Origin: Nymphaea colorata
Taxonomy: Eukaryota
Assembly (NCBI RefSeq): GCF_008831285.2
Contig: NC_045138.2
Coordinates: forward strand, 12,586,001-12,650,000
Direction of reading: 5' to 3'
Length of the DNA: 64,000 bases
Shown here: positions 50,101 to 63,468 of the stretch, one piece after another
How positions within the stretch are numbered: position 1 is the stretch's first letter
Layout of the letters: each line of letters opens with the position of its first letter
The notes under the pieces: model-generated
Database searches by the model: none
What the model was told of the DNA's origin: nothing
Seen by the model: the letters and a program-made list of their open reading frames with translations, nothing else
Made by a program: the position numbers and the translations under genes

Positions 50101-51020
50101 TTGGTATCGACTTTGGATTTTGAGCTGAAAGTCTCAATTTAGATCTGAACTTTGGTTTTGGATCTAATTTAGACTTAGAGCGGTTTTATGGGTATGTTTT
50201 CCTAGTTTGGTCATAATTTCATTTGTGGGGGTTTAGTTACGGACTTTGGATTTGTATTTCGGACCAAGGTGTGTATTTTTGATCTAGGATTTGGATTGGA
50301 TCCAAAACTTGGTTTAATAATAGTCTTTGGACTTAAAACTTGCATTTGGACTCTGATATGGGTCTAGAGGTCTGTTTTGGATTGAGTGATCGTGAATTGG
50401 ATGTGGGTATGGATATAGAAGTCTATCTTGAGTCTAGGGTTGAGATTTGAATTTGAGTGTGAACTTAGAAGTCTGTTTTGAGATGAGCTTGGTGTCCAAA
50501 CTTAGATCCAAATCATTGTAAAAATGGTTGAAATAACTGAGAATCTTGTTTAAGTAAAATATAATATAGTCTTTTGTAAAAATTTGAGGTGATGATAGAT
50601 GCCCCTCTTTGTTACTAAGTTAGCGCACGCCTCGCTTAGTGGCAAAAATAAGCATCTCAGATTTTTCAAATAAAAATGGAGTGGCATTTCAGGCTTAACC
50701 CCTTACTTGAATAAGTTATTTGAGCTTGTTGTAGGTTTAACTCTTTGCATGCATGGTTTGGCAAGATTGAGTTAAGGATTGACCCCTTACATGAGCAGGT
50801 TGCTTTGTCTTGCATTGTGGGTTTAATGCCTTACTTGCATGGGTTGCACTGTAGGTTTAACCCCTTACCTACATGGGTTTGCTCTTGAGTTTTGAGTGAT
50901 AATAAAAAATTGTCTCAGTGTAGTAATTATTTTTTACGACTGAGGAAAATTCAATAGATAATAGATCAAATGTAAAAAACACAAGTATTTGCCATTGATT
51001 GAAAAGTGAACACAAGAGGA

Positions 51021-51218
51021 CTAAGTATATAATTTCTTGAGGTGAAGAGCATTAACGGAATTGGTAAGTACCATTCTATCAACACCGATTAACCGGTATT
51101 AGTTACGTGGCAAGGTTTCCTTAACAACATATGAGCCTTTTCAGTTTGGTGCCCACTTATCACGAGATCATTCTCTAAGGTATTTCAGAGATCGTAGGAC
51201 CAAGTCATTTACTTTGAA
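51021..51218 (-). pseudogene. Tat/Ogre integrase C-terminal (GPY/F) remnant
   Basis: Translates FKVNDLVLRSLKYLRE*SRDKWAPN*KGSYVVKETLPRN*YRLIGVDRMVLTNSVNALHLKKLYT*, matching FxxGDLVL...KxAPNWEGPYxV...N..HLKKYY. Confidence 0.85.
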
Positions 51219-52454
51219 AGGCTGGGGGCTGTACTTTTCTTATGGTTTGTCTCTTTGTCATGCTTATAATTGTTACCATTGTCTTTTCTAGTGCCAGCAT
51301 TTGCTATGAAGTGGGTAGGTAACTTAAATTTTTCCTCATTTTTTAACTTTTTCTTTGTACTTGGGCGTAATAATTCCATCAAAATTGCCTTATTCAAGGC
51401 TTTCTTCTATTGAATTTGCTTGTTCAATTAATTCAGCAAAGGTCTTGATTGAAGCATTGCAGATGAGACTTTTTAACGATTGGGCAAGATTTTTTCTGAT
51501 AAATGACAAAGTTTGTGTTCCAAAGATAGACTCATTCATCTTGTTGCATTGAATTCTCTATTTTTGGGAGCTTTTTCATCTTGTTTTTTTTTTTTTACAG
51601 AGATTGCAAAGTGTACTGAGGGTTGAAGCCAAAGGAACATTTTGCTCAAATCTCTCGACGAACATGTTAACCAATCTACTGAATTCCTTAACTTCAACTG
51701 GGTTAACATTTTTTTTGTACTTGCGCAACAATGCCTTCCAAACTCAATGGAAAGTAGCGAAACAATGCTCTGTTATTTTCCCGGACCTTATAGCTTCATT
51801 CATGAATGTGGAAAGATGAATGTGTGGGCAAATGGTTCCATCATATTTGATGAACTCCTTAGGCAAACCCTTTATGTCTTCATCTCCTTCAATGCCTAGG
51901 TAATAATCTTCACATGAGTATGAACATTTTCCCTTTTCCCTAAGTTCAAGGTTGTTCATTCTTTTCTCCATTTTGTAACACTTGTGCTTAGTTGGACTCT
52001 CGTCATCACTTGATTTGCATGATTCTCACTATGTCGTTTTTTTTTCTTGCCTTGACTTCTTTTACTTAGTATATTTTTTTACTTTTTGCCTTTCTTGGTT
52101 GGCTTTCTCTAACTTTTCGGCTTCTCTTCTGAACTACCACTTAAGATAGGGCTAGGTAAGCTACTATCCTCTATTATTTGTTTCCTTTACTTGCTTTTTT
52201 CGTCGTCTTCTTTTTCTTTGATGGAAGCAATTTAGGCTTTCATCCTTATTGGCTGTTGAGTCCGAATGTATATGGTCTTTACCCTGATCTATAGGAGAAG
52301 GATTATTGTTTTTCTTGTTCCTTTTTTGTTCGGTAGATTTTTCATTTACTGGTTTGAGTAACCATGAGAGCTGTTATTTCTTCTTGCTCCTTCATGAAGC
52401 ATTCCATAAACAACTAAAACATATGGCAGCCTTATGGTTTAATTGCTGGGAAGC

Positions 52455-53761
52455 TGTTACAACCCCTTGTTTTTATTTTTATTTTTATTTTGACCCAGCG
52501 CAACGCACAAATGCACAATCGCCCGTCGCGCATCATGCGAGATGCTTTCTCGCAAACACGCGATCATGCGTCGCATGTGATCTCGCGCTGCTGCGTTGGC
52601 CTTTTGGGGTGCAGTTTTGACCTTCTTAGGTGGGCATTAGCCCTACTCACACCCCAAATGGGTGTTTCCGGGGCTAATGGCCAATTCCACTTGGTCAAAA
52701 CTTATTTTACATAAAAAATCATTAAAAAATGCTTACAATTGGCATAAAAATCTTGTTAAATTAAAAAAATCAAGTTTTGAATTTTCCTTCAAAACTCTCT
52801 ATAAATACCCCCACAATCCTCCCTCTTGGGTAGGAGCTAACACATGAGGAATCTCTAATGCTTCTTCACTTGAAGATTTAGAGTTTTTATTTGGCTCTTG
52901 TTATCCATTTTTCTCTTCTTTTCTTCTTCTTCTCCATGTTCCAATTCTTCAAGAGAGCATGAGAAGATATTAGAGGTATGTATCCCACTCTTCATTTATT
53001 TTCATTTCTTTTTGCAGCACCTCATGGCCATGCAAGACTCTAATGACTTATTATCTAGAGTTAAGAGTAGCATCTTAAGTGCACTGAGAGTTTGAGCAAG
53101 GTGAAATAATTTTTTTTTCTTCGTTTATTTTCGAAATAAGCTTGTTATATTGCTTTATTCATCGCATGTGCATGAGATGATACTTATGCATGATGCATTA
53201 ATTTTTCTTAATTAATGAGCAAATGCACGGTGAGAATGAGTTTTTGAGTTGTGATCTTTTCTTTGTTATGTTAATTTTTGAGGTTGAGATTTGTCTAGCC
53301 CGGGAAGGCCCTCTATAAATATGTACATGTTAAAATGCATTTTCATGTCATTCTCACTTTTAGTATCTTTCTCAATCACACGATTAGGAACTCCAATGAG
53401 TGTCTTATCACATTGCTTAATTTTATTCTATGCCAAATGGTAGGAGAAATATATTTTCTTTTAATAAATAAAATAACAATATTTTATGTTCACATATAAA
53501 AATATTGGAATCATGTTTTTCAAAATATTTTCGAAAGCAAGAACTCTCTTTAATGAGACCTTGAAGACTTAGTTTAGGCTCTTGCATGAACCTAAGTTCC
53601 TCTTCGGTTTACATAAAAAAATTGAAGATATTTTGAAGTTACTTTTTTATTTCAACTCTCATAAGAGTATACAAGTATACACATGTTATATAGGTATATG
53701 TGCGCATGACTATCTCTCTTTGTCTTTTTTTTTATGACTTAACATATTCTTTATATATACA

Positions 53762-53829
<68 letters not shown>

Positions 53830-56659
53830 GTTCTCTATCTCTTTCTTTCTAAAAACTTGTTCTCTTTCTCTCTCTCTTTTTCTAACTCTTTCTTTCTAAA
53901 AACTTGTTTTCTTTCTCTCTCTCTTTTTCTAAAAACTTGTTCTCTTTCTCTCTCTCTTTTTCTAAAATCTTCTTCTTCCTCTCCATTCAAGTTATTACTT
54001 CATTTCACGAGTATATATATATTAGAATCTCTTTCTTTTAGTTTCTCTCTCTCTTTCAAATCTTTTATTTGATGATTTTCAAAATCTCTTTCTCTTTCTC
54101 TCTCTCTCTCTTTCTCCCTATTCCTCTCATACTAATGTATTTTCATTTTTTTCATTCTTTTGGATATTTTTCTCCTAAGATTTAAGGTTTTAACTTTCCA
54201 TTTGCCGACTTCACGAAGGCCAAAAATCAAGTAATGACCCAATATTAGAATCATACTTGACGGTCTACAACTCCATTTCATTTTCAAAACTTTTTTCTTT
54301 TCATAAAAATATTTACGACAGTTTTATAAATGCAAAGGAGAAATTTAGATGAATGTTATGATATAAATGAATGATTTCTTTCTAATCATATAGGATCAAT
54401 ACATTCATACATCTACATTCACTTAACATCACGAATAATCACATGCACGTCTCTAAAAGAACGTAAGCAAGATGAGATGAAGCTTTACTTAGAGAGCAAC
54501 CGAATTAGAGCAAAATTTTAAACCTACTTAAAGTCTTAAGAAAACACTACAGTGACTTCAAAAGTGATCTCCAAAGGTTTCCAAATGATATTTGTAAAGA
54601 TTTCTCAATTCAAAATTTCTCAAATAAAAATGTTTTACACTTTCAAATGATTCTTTAAAACTTTATCAAAATCTTGAAACATCGAATCTTTATTTTCTCA
54701 AATATTACATCACATTTAGAATGAAAAAGATGTTTAAGCAAAAGCAAAATGCATAAAAAATAAGCATAGCCCTTGGATTTGTTATCCCTGGTGAAGCTGC
54801 CAAAAACAGTCACTCCTTGTTTCGATGGGCAAGTCCATTTCTTTATCATTTCAAAATAAAATCTATTTTTTTATGGCAGTTCAAAAACCAAATATTTTTA
54901 GGGATACAAACAGATGACGACCATGTTGGGAGCTGTCACCATTGGGTTATGATTATTATTGATGCATTTCCATAAACTTGAACATCGTATATATTACCAA
55001 TGATAAAGCATGTTCTCTTCTTTGGCCTTGATCCCATCGGCATTTCATTATATTACTTGGTAATTATGTTTGTTATCTTGCATATAAGACTGATTGAGGA
55101 AGATATTTACCTAGATCCAGTATTAAATACTGCCCTCTTCAATTTAAGACTTGATTGAAAATAATATTTGCTATTTTATTTATTTTAATCACCATCTTAG
55201 GAAACATTGCATTAGGGACAATCAATTTTGCAAGTTTGCTCATATTTCAAAAGCTTCCTATACTTATATGTCTCAGTCATTATGTTGTCGGGTTTGGTCT
55301 TAGGTGGTAGCACCAGACTAAGCATTACAAATGGACCACACCTTCGGGAGAAAAGCCCCTTGTTAGTTCCATGAATGGTAACTTGTGGTATATCGACGAT
55401 TGTCCAAGAAGAAGTGCATAGACCTTACCCTTAGCTGCCAAATGAATGAGTCTATACTTGTACTAAGCCTCATGGCTAAGGTATATTGATATATCTTATA
55501 TGGAATAATCATAATTGATCAATCCAAACTCAATTAGGGTCCTATGTTTCTTTTCTAAATATATGCATGATAAATGAATGTGACTTTAGAAAGTGCTCAT
55601 TATATGATAAATGCATGTATGTCTTCCATACAATCTTTGATCAATTTAATAATTTTACACTCCATATTTTTTTATCTAAATCAATAACTTTTTTATCTAA
55701 ATCAATATCTTCTTCGATCATCTCTAAATAATCGTCGACATTAGCACGCCATAAATTCATGGTTTAACCCTACTACCTAAGTGACATTGATTTTACAAAT
55801 TATATCATTCGGCAAGTCCATTTTTTTTAGAATTGCTTCAAAATTTATATTTTATCATACCTTGTCAATCCTTTATTTATTCATTTATCCAACTTCCTAT
55901 TCTTGAATATGATACCCATCTATTGGTTCAATTAAATTTTTCTTAACTCATGTCATGCATTCTTTTATCCTCCTTTATACTTAGCCAAATAAAATTTCTA
56001 GCTTCAATACCATAGTGTGTCTTTCTTCCCTAATTTTAGGGGTTCATCATTTATTCCAAGTTGATTGCTAACCTTTCCTTTACTTCAGTATATTTTGTTC
56101 TCAATCGTCGGACATGTAATTTTAACCTATATTGAATCTATGCTTTCATGAATCAAACATCGTGTATTTATTGTGTACCTTCTACTCTGCTTGAGATTTA
56201 ATCATTTCCAAAGTTAAAATGCTTCACAAGTGATGGATTGCTCATAATTTTCTCTATTTTCCTATAAAATGCTATCGACGTGATTTCTTGCTACGAGAAT
56301 CACCATCTACCGATCATATTCTTATAACAAATTTTTTTCCTACAAGCTTTGTCTCAAAATGAAAATTCTTTTATACCTAAGCTCATACATATGTTATTAC
56401 CTTTCACCCTCATTTTCTATTAGCAAGAAATACATCAATTTTCTTTATATAATTTTGTCCACACCTTCTTTTTATTGAGACATTTTTCATTATTCGCCTC
56501 AGTCGCAATCCAATACGTTAACCATCTATCCTTTACCTAGTACATTGGCGCATTCTGTTTTGAATCATATCCTATCACTTATCAGTCATGGCAATTTTTA
56601 ACAGTGGGGCATTTTTTTTAATTATGAATATTTTGAGATATTTTATAAATTGCATTTAT

Positions 56660-56731
<72 letters not shown>

Positions 56732-59270
56732 TCATTCACAAAATCATCCTTGTGCATCAAGAGAAGGTTCATATCATGATCAAACTAAAGATTCTAAAGC
56801 TAGCTCAACTTTGTCATTAGACAAGGGAATCTTATGAAGCAAGCGCAACTTGGCCCTTTGGCCAAGGGCTTTTCAAAACAAGTTCAACCCAAACACTATT
56901 TTAAGAAATTTTACAAAGCAACTTCAAAATCCAGCCTCCAATAAAAACAAAAACTTCACCATAAGGCACTCGAGATGATAGGAAATGTTCTTGTCACAAC
57001 CAATTTTGGAGCAATCGGGTCTCATTCTCAACTTCAACAAAAGTATTGAAGGTGATGAGGGTTCTTTATTGGCATTGCCACTTGTTATCAAGCAACCCAC
57101 TCATACAAGGAGAAAAACTTGAAACTATGGGCAAAAGAGCAAACCAAGAAGGTAAGGGGTTAAACCTATAATGTAAGTTAAGAGCAACCCACACAGGTAA
57201 AGGGTTAAACCTGCAATGCAAGCAAAGAGCAACCCATTCAGAGGTGTTAAACCTAAATTCAGCAAACCTATGCAGGCAATGAGTTAAACCTGCAACATAA
57301 GGTCAAACAATCCATTCAGGTAAGGGGTTAAACCTAAAACATCACTCCAAACATGTTTCATTTGAAAAATCCAAGGTGCTTATCTTTGTCGCAAAGCACA
57401 GCTAGTGCCAGCTTAGTAACAAAGAGGGACATCTGTTATCACTCCAATTTTTTTAAAAAAGATTGTATTTTATTTTCACACAAATAAAATTTTCAGTTAT
57501 TCCAAGACCCAAAAAAAATTTGCGACTATTCGATCTAAAATGAATCTCTAAACTTATGTCCGAACCCAAACACAAAATTCAAATTCAAAACCCAACTTTA
57601 GACACGAGATTCAAATCCAAAATCCAACTCTTGAATCTGAATTAGATCTAAAACCCAAGTCTAGATCCAAATCAAGATTTTCAAACTCAAAATCCAAAAC
57701 CGATATAAAAACAACCAAATTTGATGTTATGAGCACCACACACGCATTCCCTTTGTTTTATGCTTCTTGCTCCGCAAATGTGTTTTTGAAACTTAAAACA
57801 CTCATTAGAATGTGTCGGCGATCAATTGAACCCAATCCAGATTTAAAACAAGCTTAGAGTCACTCAAAACGTTGTCACCCCCCCACCCAATTTGTAACAA
57901 AAACTATTTTTATACACATTTTAAAAAATTGTTTTATGAACATCCCCTTTTTTATTTTTATTTTGACCACAGCGCAATGCGCAAACGTGTGATCATGCAT
58001 CATGCACGTGCAGCGTGCCGACGAGCCAGGTGCTATTGCATGCACACAACCAATCGCGGCCCCGCACGCATGTAGATGTGCATGCCCCCATTTTTGTGCT
58101 AAACCGCCCCTTAGGGGGTGGTTTTGACCCTCTCAGGTGGGCATTCGCCCTACCCACACCCTAAATGGGTGTTTGCAGGGCTAATGGCCAATCCCACTTA
58201 GTCAAAGCTTATTTTAAAAAAATTAAAATCATTTAAATGCTTGGAGTTCGCATAAAAATCTTGTTAAATTAAAAAAAAATAAATTTTTGAATTTTGGCTC
58301 CAAAACTCTTTATAAATACCCCCACAATCCTTTCTCTTGGGTATGAGCCAAACCTTGAAGCATCTCTAGTGCTTCTTCATTTGAAGATTTAGAGTTTATT
58401 TGGCTCTTCTTCTTCATTTTTCTCTTCTTTTCTTCTTCTTCTGCAAGTTCTAACTCTTCAAGAGAACTTGAGAAGATATTAGAGGTATGTATTCCACTCT
58501 TCATTTTTTTTCAATTTCTGCTTGCCACCTCCCCATGGCCGTGTACCATTTTCTATCCGGAGTCGAGAGCTACATCTTGAGTGCACTGAGAGTATGAGCA
58601 ATGCGAAATAAATTTCATTTCTTGTTTATTTCCAAAATATGCTTGTTATATTGTTTTACTCATCATTTATGCTTGAGATGATGCTTATGCATGATGTATT
58701 AATTTTCCTTAATTAATGAGCAAATGCACAACGAAAATGAGTTTTTGGGTTGGGATCTTTTCATTCTTATGTTGATTTTTGAGGTTGAGATTTGTCCAAT
58801 CCGAAAAAGTCCTTCACGAATATGTACATGTTAAAATGCATGCTCATGTCATTCTCAAGTTTAGTTTCTTTCTTAATCACCCAATTAGGAAACCCAATGA
58901 GTGTTTTATCATGTTACTTGATTTTCTTCCATACTCAATGGTGGGAGAAATATATTTTCTTATAATAAATAAAATAATAATATTTTATGTTTACATATAA
59001 AAATATTGAAATCATATTTTCCAAAAGCTTTTAGAAAGCAAAAACTCTCTTTAATAAGGTTTTGGATACTTAGCCTAGGCTCTTACAAGAGCCCAAGTTC
59101 TTCTCCAGCCTATATAAAAAAATTGAAGCCGAATATTTTGAAGTTATTTCTTGATTTCAACTTTTATGAAAGCATATATGTATACACATGTTATATATGT
59201 ATACGTGCACATGACTACCTGTCTTTGTCTTTGTCATTCTCTTTTATGATTTAGTATTCTTTTACAAATT

Positions 59271-59319
<49 letters not shown>

Positions 59320-59423
59320 CTATTTCTTCCTTTCTAAAGATTTGTTCTCTCTCTCTCTCTCTCTCTTTTTCTAAAATCTTCTTCTTCATCTTCATTCTAG
59401 TTAATACTTCATTTTACGAGTTG

Positions 59424-59461
<38 letters not shown>

Positions 59462-60331
59462 GTATGTATATGTATACATATTTCTCTCTCTTTCAAATCT
59501 TTTATCTGATGATTTTCAAATTCTCTTTCTCTCTCGCTTTCTCCCTATTCCTCGCATACTAAAATATTTTCATCTTTTCCATTCTTTTGGATATTTTTCT
59601 CCAAAGATTTAATCCTTTAACTTTCCATTTGCTGACTTCACCAAGGACAAAAATCAAATAATGGTCCAACATTGGAATCATGCCTGATGGTCTACAACCT
59701 CATTCCATTTTAAAAAACTTGTTCTTTTTATAAAAATGCTTATGAAAATTTTATAAATAAAATAAAAATTTTAGATGAATGTTATGGTAGGAATGAGTAA
59801 TTCTTTTTAATAATGTATGATCAATGCATTCATGCATCTACATTCACTTAACATCATGAATGATCACAAGTACCTCTATAAAAGAAACTATGCAAGATGA
59901 GATCAAACTCTAGCTAGGTTGCAACCAAATTAGAGTAAAATCTCAACCCTACTTAAAGTCTTAAGAGAACACTAAAATGATTTCAAAAGTGATATCTAAA
60001 TGTTTTCAAATGATATTTGTAAAGATTTCTCCATTCAAAATTTTTCAAATCAAAATGTTTTACACTCTCAAATGATTCTTCAAAACTTTCTCAAAATCTT
60101 GAAACATCAAATCTTCAACATTTCGTTAAACATTACACCATATGTAGAATGAAAAAGATGTTTAAACAAAAACGAAATACATAAAAATTAAGCATAACCC
60201 TTGATTCGGTCAAGGCACCGGGAATGGTCAATCCTCATTCTGACAGGCGAGTCTCTTTCGCTTTCATTTCAAAATGAAACCTCTTTTTTCTGAAGCACTC
60301 CAAAAATCAAATATTTTTGGTGATACAAATA
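52455..60331 (+). mobile_element. Ogre/Tat-type non-autonomous element (inner), related to the outer element and in opposite orientation
   Basis: LTRs at 52455-54912 and 57434-60331. PBS-like TGACGACCATGTTGGGA at 54915-54931. PPT AAAGAGGGACATC just before 57434. Tandem repeats (caggtaaggggttaaacct) at about 57100-57335. TSD GAAGC / GAAGG. The 2.5-kb internal region has no recognisable ORF. Confidence 0.85.
56664..56728. repeat. (TA)n microsatellite; similar tracts at about 38457-38512, 39451-39496, 53753-53829, 59273-59316 and 62617-62680
   Basis: Read directly. Confidence 0.95.
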
Positions 60332-62615
60332 GAAGGCAAGCGTTTTTGGCATAGGATTGAAAGGTGAAGCTCTGTTTTGAGGGCCTACTTAGCTTGTGCT
60401 TTTGCTTCAACCATCTATTGGCTTCAAATATTCACCTTATGAGATAGGAAAATGAATAGTCATTGGTGGGAAATAATACCAAAATCCAGGTTCACAGTAC
60501 ATTAAAAGTTTAAAGATTACATGCAAAAAAAACATTAACTAATCAAAGATGACAAAAGACAAAATAAAGAGTACAAAGTTGACAACAAAAACTTTTAAGA
60601 AATGGTGGATGGTGGTTGGTTGGCATCCCACCATTCGGTGTATTCATTCTTTACTACTAGACTTGTGAACCATAAGATATCTCTGTCTTCCATTCATGTC
60701 GAGCTACTACGAATAACACCACCCATGGAGGAGTACTGAGGTCGAATCAGGAATAGCTCTGATTGATACATGCATGAAAACCATCTTCTATATCTGAGCG
60801 AATAGTCTCAAGCATCTATTGGCATAATAATCAACTATGAAACAAGGGGCCAAGAGTGTGGTATGACCATGGTAATGGTGAGTGTATCTAGGTGGATTCA
60901 ATGACAATCATATTAATCCCAAATGATCTCTTCTTCATCTAGCTGCTTGATCAAATAAGGGTATTCTTCAAAGATTGTCAATGTTCCATCATTGTTTCTG
61001 AGTAGACTAGCTTGAGGCCTCACGTACTTGAGGAACCATGATTGTAAAATATATGTGCATCCTTTTACACAGTCTCTGTCTTCGATAGTGAAGCAAGTGA
61101 GTCATCAGTAAAGAAAACCCAAAGCTATCATTGCCACTGACAAGTGTCGGGTCTCGCTATGCCTCCATATCCAGAAAATTTGGGGGATACAAATGTCCAG
61201 GAGGTTGGTTTTGTTGGTGAAGAGGGTCATTGCTACTATGCTTGATTCTTCATATGGTTTTTCGAGATAAGCTGAGAAGCTCAACATAGGCTCCAAATTT
61301 TTCGTATAGATTCTTTAAGTTGATGCTTTAGTTCTCATTGTTTTCTACTAGGGGTCACGTTTTTCGTGCAATAAAGTGAACTATAAGGTCATTTGCATTA
61401 AACTTAGTTGGGTTCATAAGAAATTGTTTCTTTATTAGGACATTTGCAATACAAGTCAGGGGAGATCTAGTATTTCAACCAATTCATTCAAATGGAAACA
61501 AAGAAAAGGAGGTCCTTGGGTTTCATCACTCGGCAATATCATGTACCAAATTTTCATCTACTGATTGCATTCCACAGGTTGCCACTGTCTCCAACCCGCA
61601 TTCTTCAAAATAAGAAGGAAACATCCATGAGAAGGTGGGACGCAAAGGCTGATATCATTTAGGAGCCAAAAGCCTAGACTCAAGGGAAGCATAAGTCGAC
61701 CATTCAAGGTCATTCTCCAAAGAGGATGTGATCATAAGGCAAGTTGATGCCATGTTGGAAAGAATACATCTTGAGTGAAGACTCTAAAGGATAGATATTA
61801 AGTTAGTGGAAAAGGTTGACAAAGTTAACAAGGACGATATGAGTTAGTTGCAAATCACCACCTAAGGTTTTGTACACATCTATCATTTAAAAATAAATTT
61901 GAAGAAAAATGGTATAGGGGTTAAATTGAGATAATTTTGAGTCACGATAATCTAATATCAAGTTATCCTTATATACTTTAGCCAAATGGCTTAGTACTAG
62001 CATGGATTCTTTTTTAGGCAACTAAGGGTAAGGTTTTTTTACATCTTCTTAGTTACCTGTCAATATACCACAAACTACCACTCATGGTACATTTAGAGAG
62101 ATGTTTGTAATCATTCATGAATTCCACAAGTGAATGTGAATGCATGAATGTGTTGTTTTTATATGATTGAAAGCAAATTATTCATTCTACCATATCATTC
62201 ATCTAAGGATATCTCATATATCTAGATTTATTTGCACACTTGTCCTAAATATTCTCATGAATGGAAAAAAAAAAATTAAGTAAAATGGGTTGTATATCAT
62301 CAAACATGATTTCAATATTGGGTCATTATTTGAGTTTTGATCTTAGTGAAGTTGATAAATGAAAATTAAAATCTTAGATCTTTGTAAAAGAAATATTGAG
62401 AGAATGGAAGAAAGAAAGAAAAAAAAAGATGTTAAGCCAAGAGGAATAGGGAGAAAGAGAAAGAGATTTTGAAAAGGTTGAAAGAAAAATTTTAAAGAGA
62501 GAGAGAGGGATATATATGTGTGTGTATATGTAGTTATATAAATATACGTATATAAAAATTTATAAAAGGAAGATCTTTAATCTAAGAGAAAGATAGGCAG
62601 CAAAGAAGATTTAAG

Positions 62616-62683
<68 letters not shown>

Positions 62684-63195
62684 ATGTATATCTACTTATA
62701 TAAATATACATATATGAAAGTTTATAAAAAAAGGATATTAACTCAAAGAGAGGGAGAGAAGAGAAGATTATATATATATATATATATATAAGAAGGTACA
62801 AACTCGGAGAGAGAGAGAGAAGAGATTCTAGAGAGAGAAAGTGGAATACACATATATACTTATTTATATATGTATATAAAAATCCATAAAGGAATACATT
62901 AAATAATAGAGAGATGAGGATACAGAGAGACATTCATGTGCATGTATACATATATAACATCTATATACATATATGCATTTATGAAAATTAAAATCAAGAG
63001 GTAGCTTAGTGTATATCCAACTTGTATTTTTCTATGTACACCGGAGAGGAACTTGAGCTTATGCAAGAGTCTATGCTAAGTCTTCAAGGCCTCATTGAAG
63101 ATGGTTCTTATTTTGAAAACTCTTTTGAAAACATGTTTCTAAATATTTTCATATAAGCATAAAACAATAGATATTTTATCTATTATAAACAAATT

Positions 63196-63349
63196 TAGGA
63201 GGAGGAGGATGGGGGACAGGAAGAGGAGGAGGAGGAGGAGGAGGGGGATGGGCCGGGCCGAGTACCCGCCGGGCCGCATCATTGGGCCCGGGCCAGATCG
63301 GGCCGGGTACCGGGTACCCGCCAGTGGCCCGGCCCGACGCCCAGGCTTA
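63196..63349. mobile_element. GC-rich fragment resembling one end of a hAT-type element
   Basis: (GGA)n followed by GGGCCGGGCC/GGCCCGGCCC repeats, ending GACGCCCAGGCTTA. It is embedded in the AT-rich Ogre LTR. Confidence 0.55.
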
Positions 63350-63468
63350 TTTAGAACTGAGCTTGGGGTCCAAAATTAAATCCAAATCATTGTAAAAATG
63401 GTTGAAATAACTGAGAATCTTGTTTAAGTAAAATGGAATACAGTCTTTAAAAATTTGGGGTGATAACA

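Larger units (their letters stand above)
47170..63468 (-). mobile_element. Ty3/Gypsy Ogre/Tat-type element (outer), degenerate, inserted in LINE ORF2
   Basis: TG at 47170 and CA at 63468, with TSD ACCTA / ACCCA (47165-47169 and 63469-63473). Long LTR 47170-50597 with the minus-strand PPT AAAGAGGGGCATC at 50598-50610. Tandem repeats at 50690-50880 and an integrase tail at 51021-51218. The second LTR is partial (about 62095-63190 plus 63350-63468). Confidence 0.85.

Noticed and set aside
57100..57335. Regularly spaced repeats (also at 50690-50880) resembling a CRISPR array
   Set aside because: The units are degenerate tandem repeats without unique spacers, located just before the PPT as is typical of Ogre/Tat 3'UTRs. 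The context is eukaryotic and no cas genes are present.
60337..62090. Possible extra ORF or gag remnant of the outer Ogre element
   Set aside because: The frames examined are broken by stops and no motif was recognised. A BLASTX search would be needed.
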